Source of the DNA: a virus
Length of the DNA: 32,000 nt
Direction: 5' to 3' (one strand)
IMG/VR virus record: IMGVR_UViG_3300045988_181755
Coordinates: 12,369-44,368 of that record
The first letter of the stretch is position 1. Each line of letters starts with the position of its first letter. The notes beneath the pieces were generated by a model. The model saw nothing but the letters and a program-made list of their open reading frames with translations, did not search any database and had not been told where the DNA came from. Below are positions 17,934 through 27,156 of the stretch, in pieces. The position numbers and the translations under genes were made by a program.

Positions 17934-18935
17934 TTAGTCAACCATAACTTTAGAAATATTCATGTCATAGCGGTTGAATTTAGAAATATAGTCAAAAATG
18001 GTATTTACTTGAGCTTTTGTTGCGGTTTTGGTCTCATCCATATCGAGGAATGTATTGCCCATCGAAGGATTACGAATGGCAATCCAACCGCGTTTATATA
18101 GGAAATCGAGACCCTTGCCGCTCCAGTCATACGCCATATTGAGAACTTCATGGTCAGAAAGACCAAACGTTTCTCGATTGCGCATGATGATGCGGCCAGC
18201 CAGGGCAGCGTGCTCGCCAAACTCGCAGGCATACCAGGTGCCATCGGGAGCAATCAGACCATATTCGGTCAGCTGATGCTGAATGGGTCTATCACTGATA
18301 TAGCTGTTGTACAGTCGCTGACGGCGTTCAACGGATGTGCCTTTCATGTTTGCTTCAATCCAAGAGGCAAGCTTGGTCCAAAAATCGGTTTTGTAGAATT
18401 CCGGGTTGGATTCCTGCTCAGGAAGCGGTTCTCCATTGAATTCTGCAACAAGGTCTGGGTGGGTAAAAAGCCATGCACCGTTGTTGAATGCATCAGAATA
18501 ACCCGTTTTCCCATAGAGGAAGCACTTGATACCGTCATAGCTGCAATCGATATAATGATGTTTTGCATTGGTGCAGAGCGTTTCATAGCTATCAGTCATA
18601 GCAAAGCGGTCAACATAATTGAGCGGATGTGCAATCATATCCTCACGAATTTGATTGACCAGCATCTTGTGTTGAAGCTCCTCAACCTTCTGCCCGAGGG
18701 AACGAACATGAACATTGTCATCGACAAGTTCAAACTCATTGACACCAACAAGTTTTTTCCGGCCTTCGATAATGTCCTGGCAAACATGCCTTTTTTCTTC
18801 CTCGTTGCCACCCATCATGCAGGAGAGCAGCAGCTCCTCACACTTTTTATACGGCTTGTCCATATTCCAGAACCAGTCACGTGCAATGGCGGTGAGGAAC
18901 TCACCATCCATACTGAAATGTAGTTGTTCACCCAT
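17934..18935 (-). CDS. hypothetical protein
   Basis: Start MGEQLHFSMDGEF with GAGG upstream; ends in VNTIFDYISKFNRYDMNISKVMVD. Confidence 0.75.
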   Translation of the reverse strand: MGEQLHFSMDGEFLTAIARDWFWNMDKPYKKCEELLLSCMMGGNEEEKRHVCQDIIEGRKKLVGVNEFELVDDNVHVRSLGQKVEELQHKMLVNQIREDMIAHPLNYVDRFAMTDSYETLCTNAKHHYIDCSYDGIKCFLYGKTGYSDAFNNGAWLFTHPDLVAEFNGEPLPEQESNPEFYKTDFWTKLASWIEANMKGTSVERRQRLYNSYISDRPIQHQLTEYGLIAPDGTWYACEFGEHAALAGRIIMRNRETFGLSDHEVLNMAYDWSGKGLDFLYKRGWIAIRNPSMGNTFLDMDETKTATKAQVNTIFDYISKFNRYDMNISKVMVD

Positions 18936-18956
18936 GTTGGGTAACCTCCTCAATTG

Positions 18957-19487
18957 TTATGTGTTGTTCTCGACAAAGTCTTCGCATTCCTCGCTGGTCA
19001 AAACCACGCCGAAATAGGCAACACGCTTGACGGTGGTTTCCCACACGCGAACGGTGCGTGCCATTGGCTGAACGACCCAGGAATGACAGCGCCAGAGCCC
19101 GTCTTCGGAAAGAGCATACCCCGTTGCAATAAAGCACCGGTCTTTGTTTTTATACCAAAGTCTTGCGGAATTGTAATGGCACTGGCAATCCTGACCTTTT
19201 CTCATATAGCTGCTGCCATAAAAGAATTGGCCGCGTTTGAGGATTTTTGGGGCGTCTTCGTCAAATTCCGTCATGCAGACTTCATCCCCGCCAAATGTGA
19301 GGATTTTGTCATGCAGCTTCTTCATAGCATCGAGCGTTTGAGTGTCGAAACCAGAAGAGGTGTTGTAAATTTGGCTTTTGGTAAGCCGCATTTTCCAATC
19401 CTCGTTCATTGGGTTCCAATGAATCGGCGCGGACATCTGGTCAGGAGTCGTAATAGGTTTCAGACTGTTCCAGCCTTTCGTGCTCAT
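18957..19487 (-). CDS. hypothetical protein
   Basis: 176 aa, SSYMRKGQDCQCHYNSARLWYKNKDRCFIATGYALSEDGLWRCHSWVV. Confidence 0.75.
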   Translation of the reverse strand: MSTKGWNSLKPITTPDQMSAPIHWNPMNEDWKMRLTKSQIYNTSSGFDTQTLDAMKKLHDKILTFGGDEVCMTEFDEDAPKILKRGQFFYGSSYMRKGQDCQCHYNSARLWYKNKDRCFIATGYALSEDGLWRCHSWVVQPMARTVRVWETTVKRVAYFGVVLTSEECEDFVENNT

Positions 19488-20068
19488 TCCAACCCCTCCT
19501 CACGAGAACGCAAGCAACTCAGAATCTTTGAGTGCAGTTGATAGCGATTATCGCCGCTTGGTACGGAGTTACCGAGGTTTTTGGATACGAGAAGTTCGTC
19601 GAACGCCTTCAAAATTTTAGAAGTAATGACCGGCTTTCCCTGCGCACTCATGTGACTCAGCCAGAACTCGACATCCTCAACGAGATGCCAATATTCCATG
19701 CCATACAACATCGCGCCGCTTTCGTTTGCTTTTCGGTCTTGCTCCTCGTCTGCATCGTCACACACAATATAGACACCGTTTTCGTCGAGATAGTTTTCGA
19801 AGACGTCGCAGATATCGGAGGCAACAGAACGGATATCGGAATTTGCCTTCACCTCAGGTTCAGGCTGGGCGGCTTCAACTTTGTACTCGATACTGTCGTG
19901 ACGAAGTGACTCTTCGATGCCATCAAAAACGATGTCCGCGCAGTCGTTATCATCCCGACACGCTTCGAAAATGTTTTTGACGGATTCGATTGCCTCTTTG
20001 GAATCGGAGTTTCCCTCAACAGAGAACTCCAAAGGAACCAAGGCAACAACTTTGTATTTATTCTTCAT
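19484..20068 (-). CDS. hypothetical protein
   Basis: 194 aa, overlaps the next gene by a translational-coupling ATGA. Confidence 0.75.
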   Translation of the reverse strand: MKNKYKVVALVPLEFSVEGNSDSKEAIESVKNIFEACRDDNDCADIVFDGIEESLRHDSIEYKVEAAQPEPEVKANSDIRSVASDICDVFENYLDENGVYIVCDDADEEQDRKANESGAMLYGMEYWHLVEDVEFWLSHMSAQGKPVITSKILKAFDELLVSKNLGNSVPSGDNRYQLHSKILSCLRSREEGLE

Positions 20069-20080
20069 GATTTTTTCTCC

Positions 20081-20251
20081 TTAGTTTAACAGGATGCCGC
20101 AGCATTTGTTCAAGGCAAGTACGCTTGCAGCGAGAACAGCAACCTTCTCAAAGGTAATGCTCTCCGCAATTGCACAGACGCTCATAACAATGAGCAGAAC
20201 AGCTGCCACAGCAGATACTATTACTATCTGACTCTTGATGCCGGTTTTCAT
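20081..20251 (-). CDS. small membrane protein (56 aa)
   Basis: Hand translation: MKTGIKSQIVIVSAVAAVLLIVMSVCAIAESITFEKVAVLAASVLALNKCCGILLN; below the track length cutoff. Confidence 0.5.
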   Translation of the reverse strand: MKTGIKSQIVIVSAVAAVLLIVMSVCAIAESITFEKVAVLAASVLALNKCCGILLN

Positions 20252-20278
20252 GAGCTTTTTCTCTTTCTGTTTATGCCC

Positions 20279-20611
20279 TTATCGGAGCATATCAATGATT
20301 TTTCCAACCAACTCATCATTGGTCACGAACTGATTACGTCCTTTTGCACCGAGCGATACAGAGGAGTAATCTTTCATACTGGCGGCATAGCGAACCAGGT
20401 TCTTGTCAGACAAGGGCTGATAGCAACTCTTTTCAGTGCTGACGTAAACGCACTTATTGTTGAGAACGTTCTGAATGTGGCCAGAGCAGCCAACACGCTT
20501 ACCGTTGATGATGTTGTGTAGGTTATGGGTTAGCATAAGGTCTTTGCTTTCGGTTTCTTTTACCTTTAACTGGTTCAAGAGTTTTCGGGACAGATAAACG
20601 GTTGTTTTCAT
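20279..20611 (-). CDS. hypothetical protein
   Basis: 110 aa, RBS AGGAGG. Confidence 0.7.
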   Translation of the reverse strand: MKTTVYLSRKLLNQLKVKETESKDLMLTHNLHNIINGKRVGCSGHIQNVLNNKCVYVSTEKSCYQPLSDKNLVRYAASMKDYSSVSLGAKGRNQFVTNDELVGKIIDMLR

Positions 20612-20628
20612 TGTGATTTCCTCCTAAT

Positions 20629-21456
20629 TCAAATGAAGTATTTGTAAGCGGCAGTTAAGCGTTTGCGGTACAGGTCTAACGTGGTCAGCCCTCCTGCATA
20701 GACTTTGCGGGAAGAGATTATCACGTTGGTTCCTGCTTCCATATGGGAGAAGAACATCGAAAGGCAATCTTCCAGGCTGTCGCTTGTAGTGAGAGTTTCG
20801 TACACCGGATATGAGTATTTGGCGGCCTTGCTGTATGTGCTATTGAGCTCATACACGAAGAACATCACCTGTCCCGTAACGGTGTTGGGGTCATAGCCAT
20901 TGCCATAACACCAGTTGAAAAGGTCTGTCTTTCGGCTATAAGTCCATTGCAGGAGTCCATAGCCGCCATCCGAAGGGTTTTCGGCCGAGGCTTTAAGACC
21001 GCTTTCCATCGACATGCAGCCCATCACTGCGGCAGTACCGGCCTTGGAAAGACCAGCGGACCGCAGAGCTGTGTAGATTTCAAGCTCATTGTCGTTGAGA
21101 TTATCTGGAATTGTTTCGGGTTTCGGTTCGGTTTCTTCGATGGCTGCTTCTGCGGTCTCAATTTGTGGTTCCGGTTCTGCAGCATCGGAAGATTTGACCT
21201 CAGCAGTTGTAATCTCCTCCTGTGCTTCTTCGGAAGTTTCCGTTATCGGGAACGCTTTATCGAGCTCATTCACCGTTTCAATGGGAGTGGAAAAAGCGAT
21301 AGGTTCGGTTTTGGGAGCTATGTTTTCCTCTGCGTGTGCAGGAACAGAAAGCATAAAACCCATGCAGGCGATGATGGTAAAAATACACATCACCGCGACG
21401 ACAACCAGGACATGCTTGTTCCGAAAAATGCTGTTATTATTCTTTTCGACTTTCAT
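20629..21456 (-). CDS. secreted/anchored phage tail lysozyme-like protein
   Basis: N-terminal hydrophobic signal VLVVVAVMCIFTIIACMGFMLSVPAHAEE; C-terminal domain AGLSKAGTAAVMGCMSMESGLKASAENPSDGGYGLLQWTYSRKTDLFNWCYGNGYDPNTVTGQVMFFVYEL. Confidence 0.8.
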   Translation of the reverse strand: MKVEKNNNSIFRNKHVLVVVAVMCIFTIIACMGFMLSVPAHAEENIAPKTEPIAFSTPIETVNELDKAFPITETSEEAQEEITTAEVKSSDAAEPEPQIETAEAAIEETEPKPETIPDNLNDNELEIYTALRSAGLSKAGTAAVMGCMSMESGLKASAENPSDGGYGLLQWTYSRKTDLFNWCYGNGYDPNTVTGQVMFFVYELNSTYSKAAKYSYPVYETLTTSDSLEDCLSMFFSHMEAGTNVIISSRKVYAGGLTTLDLYRKRLTAAYKYFI

Positions 21457-21548
21457 TTTGTGACTCCTTTTTTGTGTCTTTTCCTTGTAGCGGAAGATTG
21501 TGATTTGAGATTTGTGGTTTGTTTTGAATTCCTCCTTTTTCTGTAAAC

Positions 21549-21686
21549 AAAAAAAGGCAGGCCCATCATGAAGATGAGTCTGCCTTGAATGAGAACAGAA
21601 TTATGAATTGTACGAGCACGCGGTGTGCAAAGTAGATGTTATCTGTCGTACAACTTTAATACTATGGAATTCGCAAGGATGTGCAA
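21549..21686 (-). promoter_or_regulatory. repeated leader module (copy L5)
   Basis: TTGCAC-N16-TAGTAT (21659-21686); TTGTACGACAGATAACATC..GCAC/GTGC..TCGTACAATT; hairpin GGCAGACTCATC..GATGGGCCTGCC-TTTTTTT. Confidence 0.8.
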
Positions 21687-21708
21687 GAGCTTTTGATGTG
21701 CTTCTTTT

Positions 21709-22248
21709 TCAGGCTTCGTTAAGCCATTTCTGAGTGATATCCATGATTTGATTCTGAAATTCCGGGTCCGGCAAGGTTTTGCTGTCTGCCCAAATTGAGT
21801 TACGGACGATTGGGTAATCGTACACGCCGCCGTCAACGATATAGGGCCAAAGAACAACTTCACCACCCACAAGCCAAAGTTTCTGGATTTTGACGGGCTT
21901 CTCGTATCTTGTGAGCCAGCATTCACTGGTCACGACAGAATCCGCCACATATTTCTGTGTTTCTTCCTCGGTCAAGAGATTCGGGTCTTCGTCCTTGATG
22001 TTGTACATTCGGACAATGAACGGTAACGGCATGTCCTTGGAGTATTTTTTGTTCTGACGCAGCTCAGCGAGCAGGAATTTTGAGACAAAATGCGCAATGC
22101 CGATGCTGGTCAGGCAGTCGTCAAGGGTATGCCCAAGACAAATTCTTGGGATTTCCTGGTCCTCCCCTTTCATCCGATTCGTTGGTATCTGCGGAACGAC
22201 ATCGTCCGGCAGGCATCCGGTGTCTGCCATGATATGATAAAGAATCAT
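21709..22248 (-). CDS. hypothetical protein
   Basis: 179 aa; RBS CAGGAGG directly after the L6 hairpin. Confidence 0.75.
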   Translation of the reverse strand: MILYHIMADTGCLPDDVVPQIPTNRMKGEDQEIPRICLGHTLDDCLTSIGIAHFVSKFLLAELRQNKKYSKDMPLPFIVRMYNIKDEDPNLLTEEETQKYVADSVVTSECWLTRYEKPVKIQKLWLVGGEVVLWPYIVDGGVYDYPIVRNSIWADSKTLPDPEFQNQIMDITQKWLNEA

Positions 22249-22266
22249 TGATGTTTCCTCCTGAAA

Positions 22267-22365
22267 TAAAAAAATAGCAGGCCCTCAAGAATCGAGAGTC
22301 TGCTTTGTTTGCACGATTTATTCTATCGTGCAGTAGATGTTTTGCTTGGTCCGCACACGCAGACA
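22267..22365 (-). promoter_or_regulatory. repeated leader module (copy L6, degenerate promoter)
   Basis: TGCACGA..TCGTGCA stem; AGCAGACTCTCGATTCTTGAGGGCCTGCT-ATTTTTTT; conserved TGTGCGGA region but poor -35/-10. Confidence 0.55.
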
Positions 22366-22381
22366 GCCCAACAGGCATCGT

Positions 22382-22870
22382 TCAGAACGTCTTGTCGTCA
22401 GGAACTAGCAGATACATCCAGGACTGTGGTGCTCGCTTAACGCCGAGCTCTCGCAGCGACATATCCATAGATTGGACATCAGAAACGTTCCAGCAATAAA
22501 GAGTGCCGGACTTATTGCCGTATGCAATCAGCTCATTTGCGGTAAGGCAGCTGTCCTTCACGAATTGAGCGGTCTTTTCGGTCACTTCCGTGCCAATAGC
22601 ATATGCCGGAAGCTCACGCAGGCAATCGAGTGTATTGATGTCACGGCAAACAAATGCGGCAGTCACTTTTCCAGCACCACCGTTAGCTTTGGTTTCGTAG
22701 CAAAATACTACAAAAGGATAGCTAATTTCCCACGGCATAGTTTTTCGGACCTCAATAGTCTTTTCTCCGCTCAGAATCTTTTCAAGCCATTGCTTTTTGA
22801 TGCTGAGAAGCACCGCTTTGCTTGAATTGGTTTCGAGAGCATTATTGATATTTGGATTAAGCATTGTCAT
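22382..22870 (-). CDS. ASCH/PUA-like domain protein
   Basis: VLLSIKKQWLEKILSGEKTIEVRKTMPWE is the typical ASCH N-terminal signature. Confidence 0.55.
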   Translation of the reverse strand: MTMLNPNINNALETNSSKAVLLSIKKQWLEKILSGEKTIEVRKTMPWEISYPFVVFCYETKANGGAGKVTAAFVCRDINTLDCLRELPAYAIGTEVTEKTAQFVKDSCLTANELIAYGNKSGTLYCWNVSDVQSMDMSLRELGVKRAPQSWMYLLVPDDKTF

Positions 22871-23129
22871 GCTCCTTTCACGTTTCTTACAATAACCGCA
22901 TCGGCTTCGTTTTTGCTGTTGGTAAGAACCAAGGCCGGTTCAATCCAACGGACTCCGAGTCTTGTGCGGCCTTCCCCGACCCAGTAATGATGCCAGTGAG
23001 CGCGGCGCACATAAGGGCGAACGCTGTGACTGCTGCCACAATGGGAAAAGCTTTCGGCACAGGTTGCATTAGCAGAACGCATTTGCTGCTCAAAGCTTTT
23101 CCCGATAACGTAACCGACATCAAAAACAA
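22867..23129 (-). pseudogene. degenerate duplicate of the C-terminal domain of 24176..25252
   Basis: In-frame reading FDVGYVIGKSFEQQMRSAN...VRPYVRRAHWHHYWVGEGRTRLGVRWIEP versus YNVGFVIGKSFEMQLVSGAE...VRPHVRRAHWHHYWVGEGRTRLEVRWIEP. Confidence 0.65.
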
Positions 23130-23203
23130 AAATAGCGGCAGAACAGCAATGCTGCCCTACCGCATGAGTAATGGGTTGTGATTCATTTGTTTTTTTGGGA
23201 ACG

Positions 23204-23452
23204 TTACCATTTATGGAACGGGTTCAAAAGTCCGGGACGGTATTCGTTATCGACATACATCTTGATGTCGTTATCGTCCAGGGCATCCAAAATGTTCATC
23301 CAGCATTCCGCTTCGACGCGCATTTCACCGTCCATTTTCAAGGCCCTGTCGCACTGAACTAAGTCTGCTCGAAAAGAGTTCACATAGAAGCAATCTTTTG
23401 CGGCAGCTGCGAACCTGGTGAAGCTGTTTTTGGTATTCGTCATGGTATTCAT
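23204..23452 (-). CDS. small conserved protein, paralog of 6023..6268
   Basis: Start MNTMTNTKNSF; ..DCFYVNSFRADLVQCDRALKMDGEMRVEAECWMNILDALDDNDIKMYVDNEYRPGLLNPFHKW. Confidence 0.75.
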   Translation of the reverse strand: MNTMTNTKNSFTRFAAAAKDCFYVNSFRADLVQCDRALKMDGEMRVEAECWMNILDALDDNDIKMYVDNEYRPGLLNPFHKW

Positions 23453-23489
23453 CCTTTCTAAAATAATTTTGTTTCTAATCAATACATAC

Positions 23490-23618
23490 AAAAAAAGAAG
23501 CAGGCCCTCAAAAGAGAGTCTGCTTACAAGCATGACAGATTGTTAATGTTCAGTTAGGAGGTAAGTGATGGTATCTGTTATGCAATTATTATTTTAGGCG
23601 GTTCGCACATTCGTGCAA
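23490..23618 (-). promoter_or_regulatory. repeated leader module (copy L7)
   Basis: TTGCAC-N16-TAAAAT (23591-23618); GCATaACAG..CTGTcATGC stem; AGCAGACTCTC-TTTT-GAGGGCCTGCT-TCTTTTTTT. Confidence 0.75.
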
Positions 23619-23627
23619 GTGGCTTTT

Positions 23628-24164
23628 TTAGCTTCGTCTGTTTTGTGGTGTGGCGCTGGTCCAACCTTTGGGCTTGGTTTTTTCAGAATCGTCACCTTTG
23701 AACATTTCGGATACTTTGCTGCCATCATCTTCAGCGTGGGCGATGTATTCAGCGGCAAGAATCTCATACTGGGCGCGGGTAATCCCGGTTTGTTCTGTAA
23801 AATTTATGAATTCATGTTCAAACGCCAGGCTGAGTGTTATCAGAACCCGATTAGCCAGTTCTTGCCGGAATTCATCAACGGTGCCATCAAATTTTATTGT
23901 GCGGTCGTCATCATCATCTGTGAAATCATCGGCCGCAGTATTGACGGCATCGCTAAAAAATGTAGTCATATCGTATGCCATATCGGAAGGGCTGATGTTA
24001 GGGCTACCATTCGCGTCTTTTTCGTTCAGTTTAACCTGGAGTAGCCCTTGTATGATGCTGTAGCGCATCAGAAGCACTGACATTGTTGATGTTGGCTCGA
24101 AATTTTCAATTTCTTTTTCAAGAATTTTCTGCTTGTTTGCGATTACTTTGTAGTTTGCTTTCAT
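23628..24164 (-). CDS. hypothetical protein
   Basis: 178 aa; RBS AAAGGAG. Confidence 0.75.
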   Translation of the reverse strand: MKANYKVIANKQKILEKEIENFEPTSTMSVLLMRYSIIQGLLQVKLNEKDANGSPNISPSDMAYDMTTFFSDAVNTAADDFTDDDDDRTIKFDGTVDEFRQELANRVLITLSLAFEHEFINFTEQTGITRAQYEILAAEYIAHAEDDGSKVSEMFKGDDSEKTKPKGWTSATPQNRRS

Positions 24165-24175
24165 ATGAATCTCCT

Positions 24176-25252
24176 TTAAGTGCCCATGACGCGTCTTACT
24201 GTTGCAATTTTTATCTCACGTTTCCCTTCCGGCAGCACAAAAGTTGGCTCAATCCAGCGGACTTCTAAGCGAGTTCGACCTTCTCCAACCCAGTAGTGGT
24301 GCCAATGAGCACGGCGGACATGTGGTCTGACCGTACGGCCTGTGCCAGTTGCTGTGGATTTCTGATATTCTGCACCGGAAACCAGCTGCATTTCAAAGCT
24401 CTTGCCGATTACAAAGCCCACATTGTAAGTTTTGACATTTACTTTTTTAGGAGTAGCACCGGGTTTGGAAACAAGGACGGGCCGCTTCTCTTTCGGGATT
24501 TTTACCTCTTTGATTTCTGCGTTTTTTGATGCAAGATAATAAGCGGCAGAGACCGCGATACGAAGATACGGCTCAATACCGGCGTTGAATTCTCGCTGCT
24601 TTTGCAGCTCTTCCTCGCTGAGAACGGCACCTGGTACGTTTGAAACCGTGGCGTCATTGACAGTTGCAGAATCAGTTCCGTTCTGAAATGCCTGCTCGCG
24701 AGCATCATTGTTGCGCCGATAAGATTCAATCAGCTTTTTGCCGTTGAGACACCACTGCATGCACTGGCAAAGTTCGATGTTATCGACATTCGGGTTCGCC
24801 TTAAAAGGAACAATCAGGAAGAGCGTATCCACATCATTTGGCCCGTGGGAAGCATCGAATTCAATGTGTACGAACATCGCATCATGATGAGAGCCAGTGG
24901 GCAGATTCATGACAAAATCTCTGTATGGCAACCGCATCATAATGTCAGAATAAATAGGTGCGTCCTCAGTCTCAGCCAATGTTCTGAGAAACTCCGGCGC
25001 AAAATTATATACGGTTTTTGCTGCACGCCAATAGTTTGCAACGTATGCCATCGAGAACTGTGCGGCAAGCTCTCCATCCATCGCATTGGCAGCAATTTGA
25101 CCATTTTGGATAAGGCGGTGCCCAAGCGGAATAAATTCACTTACATAGTAGTCATAGCCTTTATCCAGCAGCTTGTTGGCCCCAGAATTCGCAAGAAATT
25201 GACTGCTCTGCTCGGCATACCAGAGAGCACTGTTCACAATGATATTATCCAC
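24176..25252 (-). CDS. AcrVA2-like protein (putative anti-Cas12a family)
   Basis: 358 aa; C-terminal VRPHVRRAHWHHYWVGEGRTRLEVRWIEPTFV resembles the AcrVA2 C-terminus (RPHxRRxHWHxYW...xVRW...FV); also a GIEPYLRIAVSAAYYLA region and an FVIGKSFE region. Confidence 0.6.
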   Translation of the reverse strand: MDNIIVNSALWYAEQSSQFLANSGANKLLDKGYDYYVSEFIPLGHRLIQNGQIAANAMDGELAAQFSMAYVANYWRAAKTVYNFAPEFLRTLAETEDAPIYSDIMMRLPYRDFVMNLPTGSHHDAMFVHIEFDASHGPNDVDTLFLIVPFKANPNVDNIELCQCMQWCLNGKKLIESYRRNNDAREQAFQNGTDSATVNDATVSNVPGAVLSEEELQKQREFNAGIEPYLRIAVSAAYYLASKNAEIKEVKIPKEKRPVLVSKPGATPKKVNVKTYNVGFVIGKSFEMQLVSGAEYQKSTATGTGRTVRPHVRRAHWHHYWVGEGRTRLEVRWIEPTFVLPEGKREIKIATVRRVMGT

Positions 25253-25261
25253 AATGCCACC

Positions 25262-25531
25262 TCACTGCCAGCATAATTTTATTGTTCCGTCAACAAAGAG
25301 AATCTGGCTGTACTTCTCACCGTCAAGAACGATGCAGCGGTCCTCTCCGTGTTTGTGAGCGCCGGTACAATACACAGTTTTGTTATTGATAGCCGGGATG
25401 GACGGTGCTTTTGCCAAAACCAGCTGACCGCGCATGGCGCAGATGTCGAGAAAAGAAATAATGTGGTCGCCCACCCTGGAAAACCTCCAATCTTGTTCAC
25501 AGTGCTTTGATTTGGAAAGAGCCCTCGACAT
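25262..25531 (-). CDS. hypothetical protein
   Basis: 89 aa, overlaps neighbouring gene end; alternative overlapping frame at 25279..25500. Confidence 0.45.
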   Translation of the reverse strand: MSRALSKSKHCEQDWRFSRVGDHIISFLDICAMRGQLVLAKAPSIPAINNKTVYCTGAHKHGEDRCIVLDGEKYSQILFVDGTIKLCWQ

Positions 25532-26168
25532 GCGGCAGCGGCTCGTTTGTCACTTTCAGAACGGAGCTATCTCGTTTCTCTGTCGTATATCGAATGGTTT
25601 TAAGAATCTCGTATGCCAGCTTGCTGTTGTAGGCAAGCCCTGCGTTGGAAATACCGAAGTTTCCGTTCCAGCCAATTCCCATCCTTTTGAGCTGCGGAAT
25701 TAGAAGGTCACGGGCTTCGATGACGCCTGTTCCGTTCCAGCGTGCATCATGATACGCCTGAAAGTGCTGTTCATCGTTACCAGAAATATCGAGGGCTTCA
25801 TAAATGACACCAAATTGACCCATTAGAATGCGAGAGTATGTATCCAACGCATTGGCAACGACTTTCCAGGAAGGAGTATCTAAGCCGATACTGTATTTAT
25901 ACGGAGCATCCTTTTCCGGCAGTTCCCGTGCATGATGCAGCATATCTTCCAGTATTTCGCTGCACTTGTCGGAATAGCTTTTAACAGGAGCCGTTACGTT
26001 GATAGCCGTCAGAGTAGCGCAAGCACTTGCAATGTCTGCCTCGCTTGCTCCATAAGCCTCTCCAACCTCTTTGCAGATAGAGGAAAAATCGTTGCTATAA
26101 AACGTTATCATGATGGCAAGAGCGTGCAGGATGAAAGAGTACTGCTTGCTCGTGAAATCAATGTACAT
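25497..26168 (-). CDS. hypothetical protein
   Basis: 223 aa; RBS AAAGGA. Confidence 0.75.
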   Translation of the reverse strand: MYIDFTSKQYSFILHALAIMITFYSNDFSSICKEVGEAYGASEADIASACATLTAINVTAPVKSYSDKCSEILEDMLHHARELPEKDAPYKYSIGLDTPSWKVVANALDTYSRILMGQFGVIYEALDISGNDEQHFQAYHDARWNGTGVIEARDLLIPQLKRMGIGWNGNFGISNAGLAYNSKLAYEILKTIRYTTEKRDSSVLKVTNEPLPHVEGSFQIKAL

Positions 26169-26200
26169 ACGGCAAAAATCCTTTCATTTTCTACACTTTA

Positions 26201-26229
26201 ATTATACCGCGATTCGCAATTTCTCACAA
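26201..26229 (-). promoter_or_regulatory. promoter TTGTGA-N17-TATAAT with TGCGAA in spacer
   Basis: GTTGTGAGAAATTGCGAATCGCGGTATAAT upstream of the 26168 gene. Confidence 0.7.
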
Positions 26230-26394
26230 CGGAAAGCGTTAAATGGTAACAGTTTATACACATTCTTTTGCAATAGATGAATCAGTGGCAAATGAAGGCA
26301 CTTTTGCTTCCTGGACAATTTTGTTGCTTTGCTGTATGATTAAAGTACAACAATTAGGGCAATACAAAAATCGATAACGGCGAGGTACTGACAA

Positions 26395-26766
26395 ATGGAC
26401 GCGACAATGCAGACGGTTCTCCGGCTCCATGAGCAAGGTATACCTAGAAGAACCATTGCCAAACGTGCAGGCATCTCATTGCAGAAAGTGCGCAAAATAC
26501 TGATTACAGCCGGGGCATGGTCAGATGAAACATCAGAAAAAATCGGGAAGCTGCGTGCGAACGGTATGTCAGTTCCTGAAATTGCAGAAGAATTGGGTGT
26601 AAAAACCAATACTGTTTGGAGCTATTTGCCATACAGCAAAGGCATGTATAATCAAGAATATCCGACCATTAACGCCATTCGAGTCCGAAATTCGAAGCGA
26701 AAAGCAAAAGAAAAAGCCCTCACCTGCACGGATACCGCACAGAATGAGGGCAGTGGCGCTTGCTGA
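26395..26766 (+). CDS. helix-turn-helix DNA-binding protein
   Basis: IPRRTIAKRAGISLQKVRKIL and MSVPEIAEELGVKTNTVWSYLPYSKGMYN are HTH-like; overlaps the 3' end of the tRNA-Ser gene on the other strand. Confidence 0.6.
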   Translation: MDATMQTVLRLHEQGIPRRTIAKRAGISLQKVRKILITAGAWSDETSEKIGKLRANGMSVPEIAEELGVKTNTVWSYLPYSKGMYNQEYPTINAIRVRNSKRKAKEKALTCTDTAQNEGSGAC

Positions 26767-26841
26767 AGGATTCGAACCTTCGGACAGTCTCCCATCGTCG
26801 GTTTTCTGGACCGATTTCATCAACCACTCGAACAAGCAAGC
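26755..26841 (-). tRNA. tRNA-Ser-like (anticodon reads AGA)
   Basis: GCTTGCT/AGCAAGC acceptor, GAAGG-TTCGAAT-CCTTC T-arm, TCGGT-CCAGAAA-ACCGA anticodon arm, long variable arm, G73 + CCA. Confidence 0.8.
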
Positions 26842-26844
26842 AGA

Positions 26845-26934
26845 TGGCGCAGAGGGTGAGATTCGAACTCACATGCCGCGATTTCCGCGACGGCAGCTTA
26901 GCAAGCTGCTGCCCTACCGTTAGGCGACCTCTGC
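26845..26934 (-). tRNA. tRNA-Ser(GCU)
   Basis: GCAGAGG/CCTCTGC, GCAGC-TTGCTAA-GCTGC, long variable arm, G73 + CCA. Confidence 0.92.
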
Positions 26935-26970
26935 ATAATGCACCTTTTTGACATAACATAGGTGCTTGTA

Positions 26971-27044
26971 TGACCCCTGGCAGACTCGAACTGCCGACTC
27001 CAGCTTGAGAGGCTGGCGACTTAGACCAACTTGTCGAAGGGGCC
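26971..27044 (-). tRNA. tRNA with CUC anticodon (Glu)
   Basis: GGCCCCT/AGGGGTC, CCAGC-CTCTCAA-GCTGG, GGCAG-TTCGAGT-CTGCC. Confidence 0.85.
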
Positions 27045-27047
27045 TTA

Positions 27048-27132
27048 TGGTGTGTCGGACTGGATTCGAACCAGTGAACCGTAACGGAGCGGTTTTACAG
27101 ACCGTTTGCTTTAACCACTTGCATACCGACAC
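27048..27132 (-). tRNA. tRNA-Tyr(GUA)
   Basis: GTGTCGG/CCGACAC, loop CTGTAAA, long variable arm, ACTGG-TTCGAAT-CCAGT, A73 + CCA. Confidence 0.92.
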
Positions 27133-27156
27133 ATAGAATGAGGTATAAAACCTCGA

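Noticed and set aside
9694-23618. CRISPR-like array suggested by the repeated leader motifs
   Set aside because: Copies are kilobases apart, each with promoter and terminator features; there is no regular short spacer pattern anywhere in the window.
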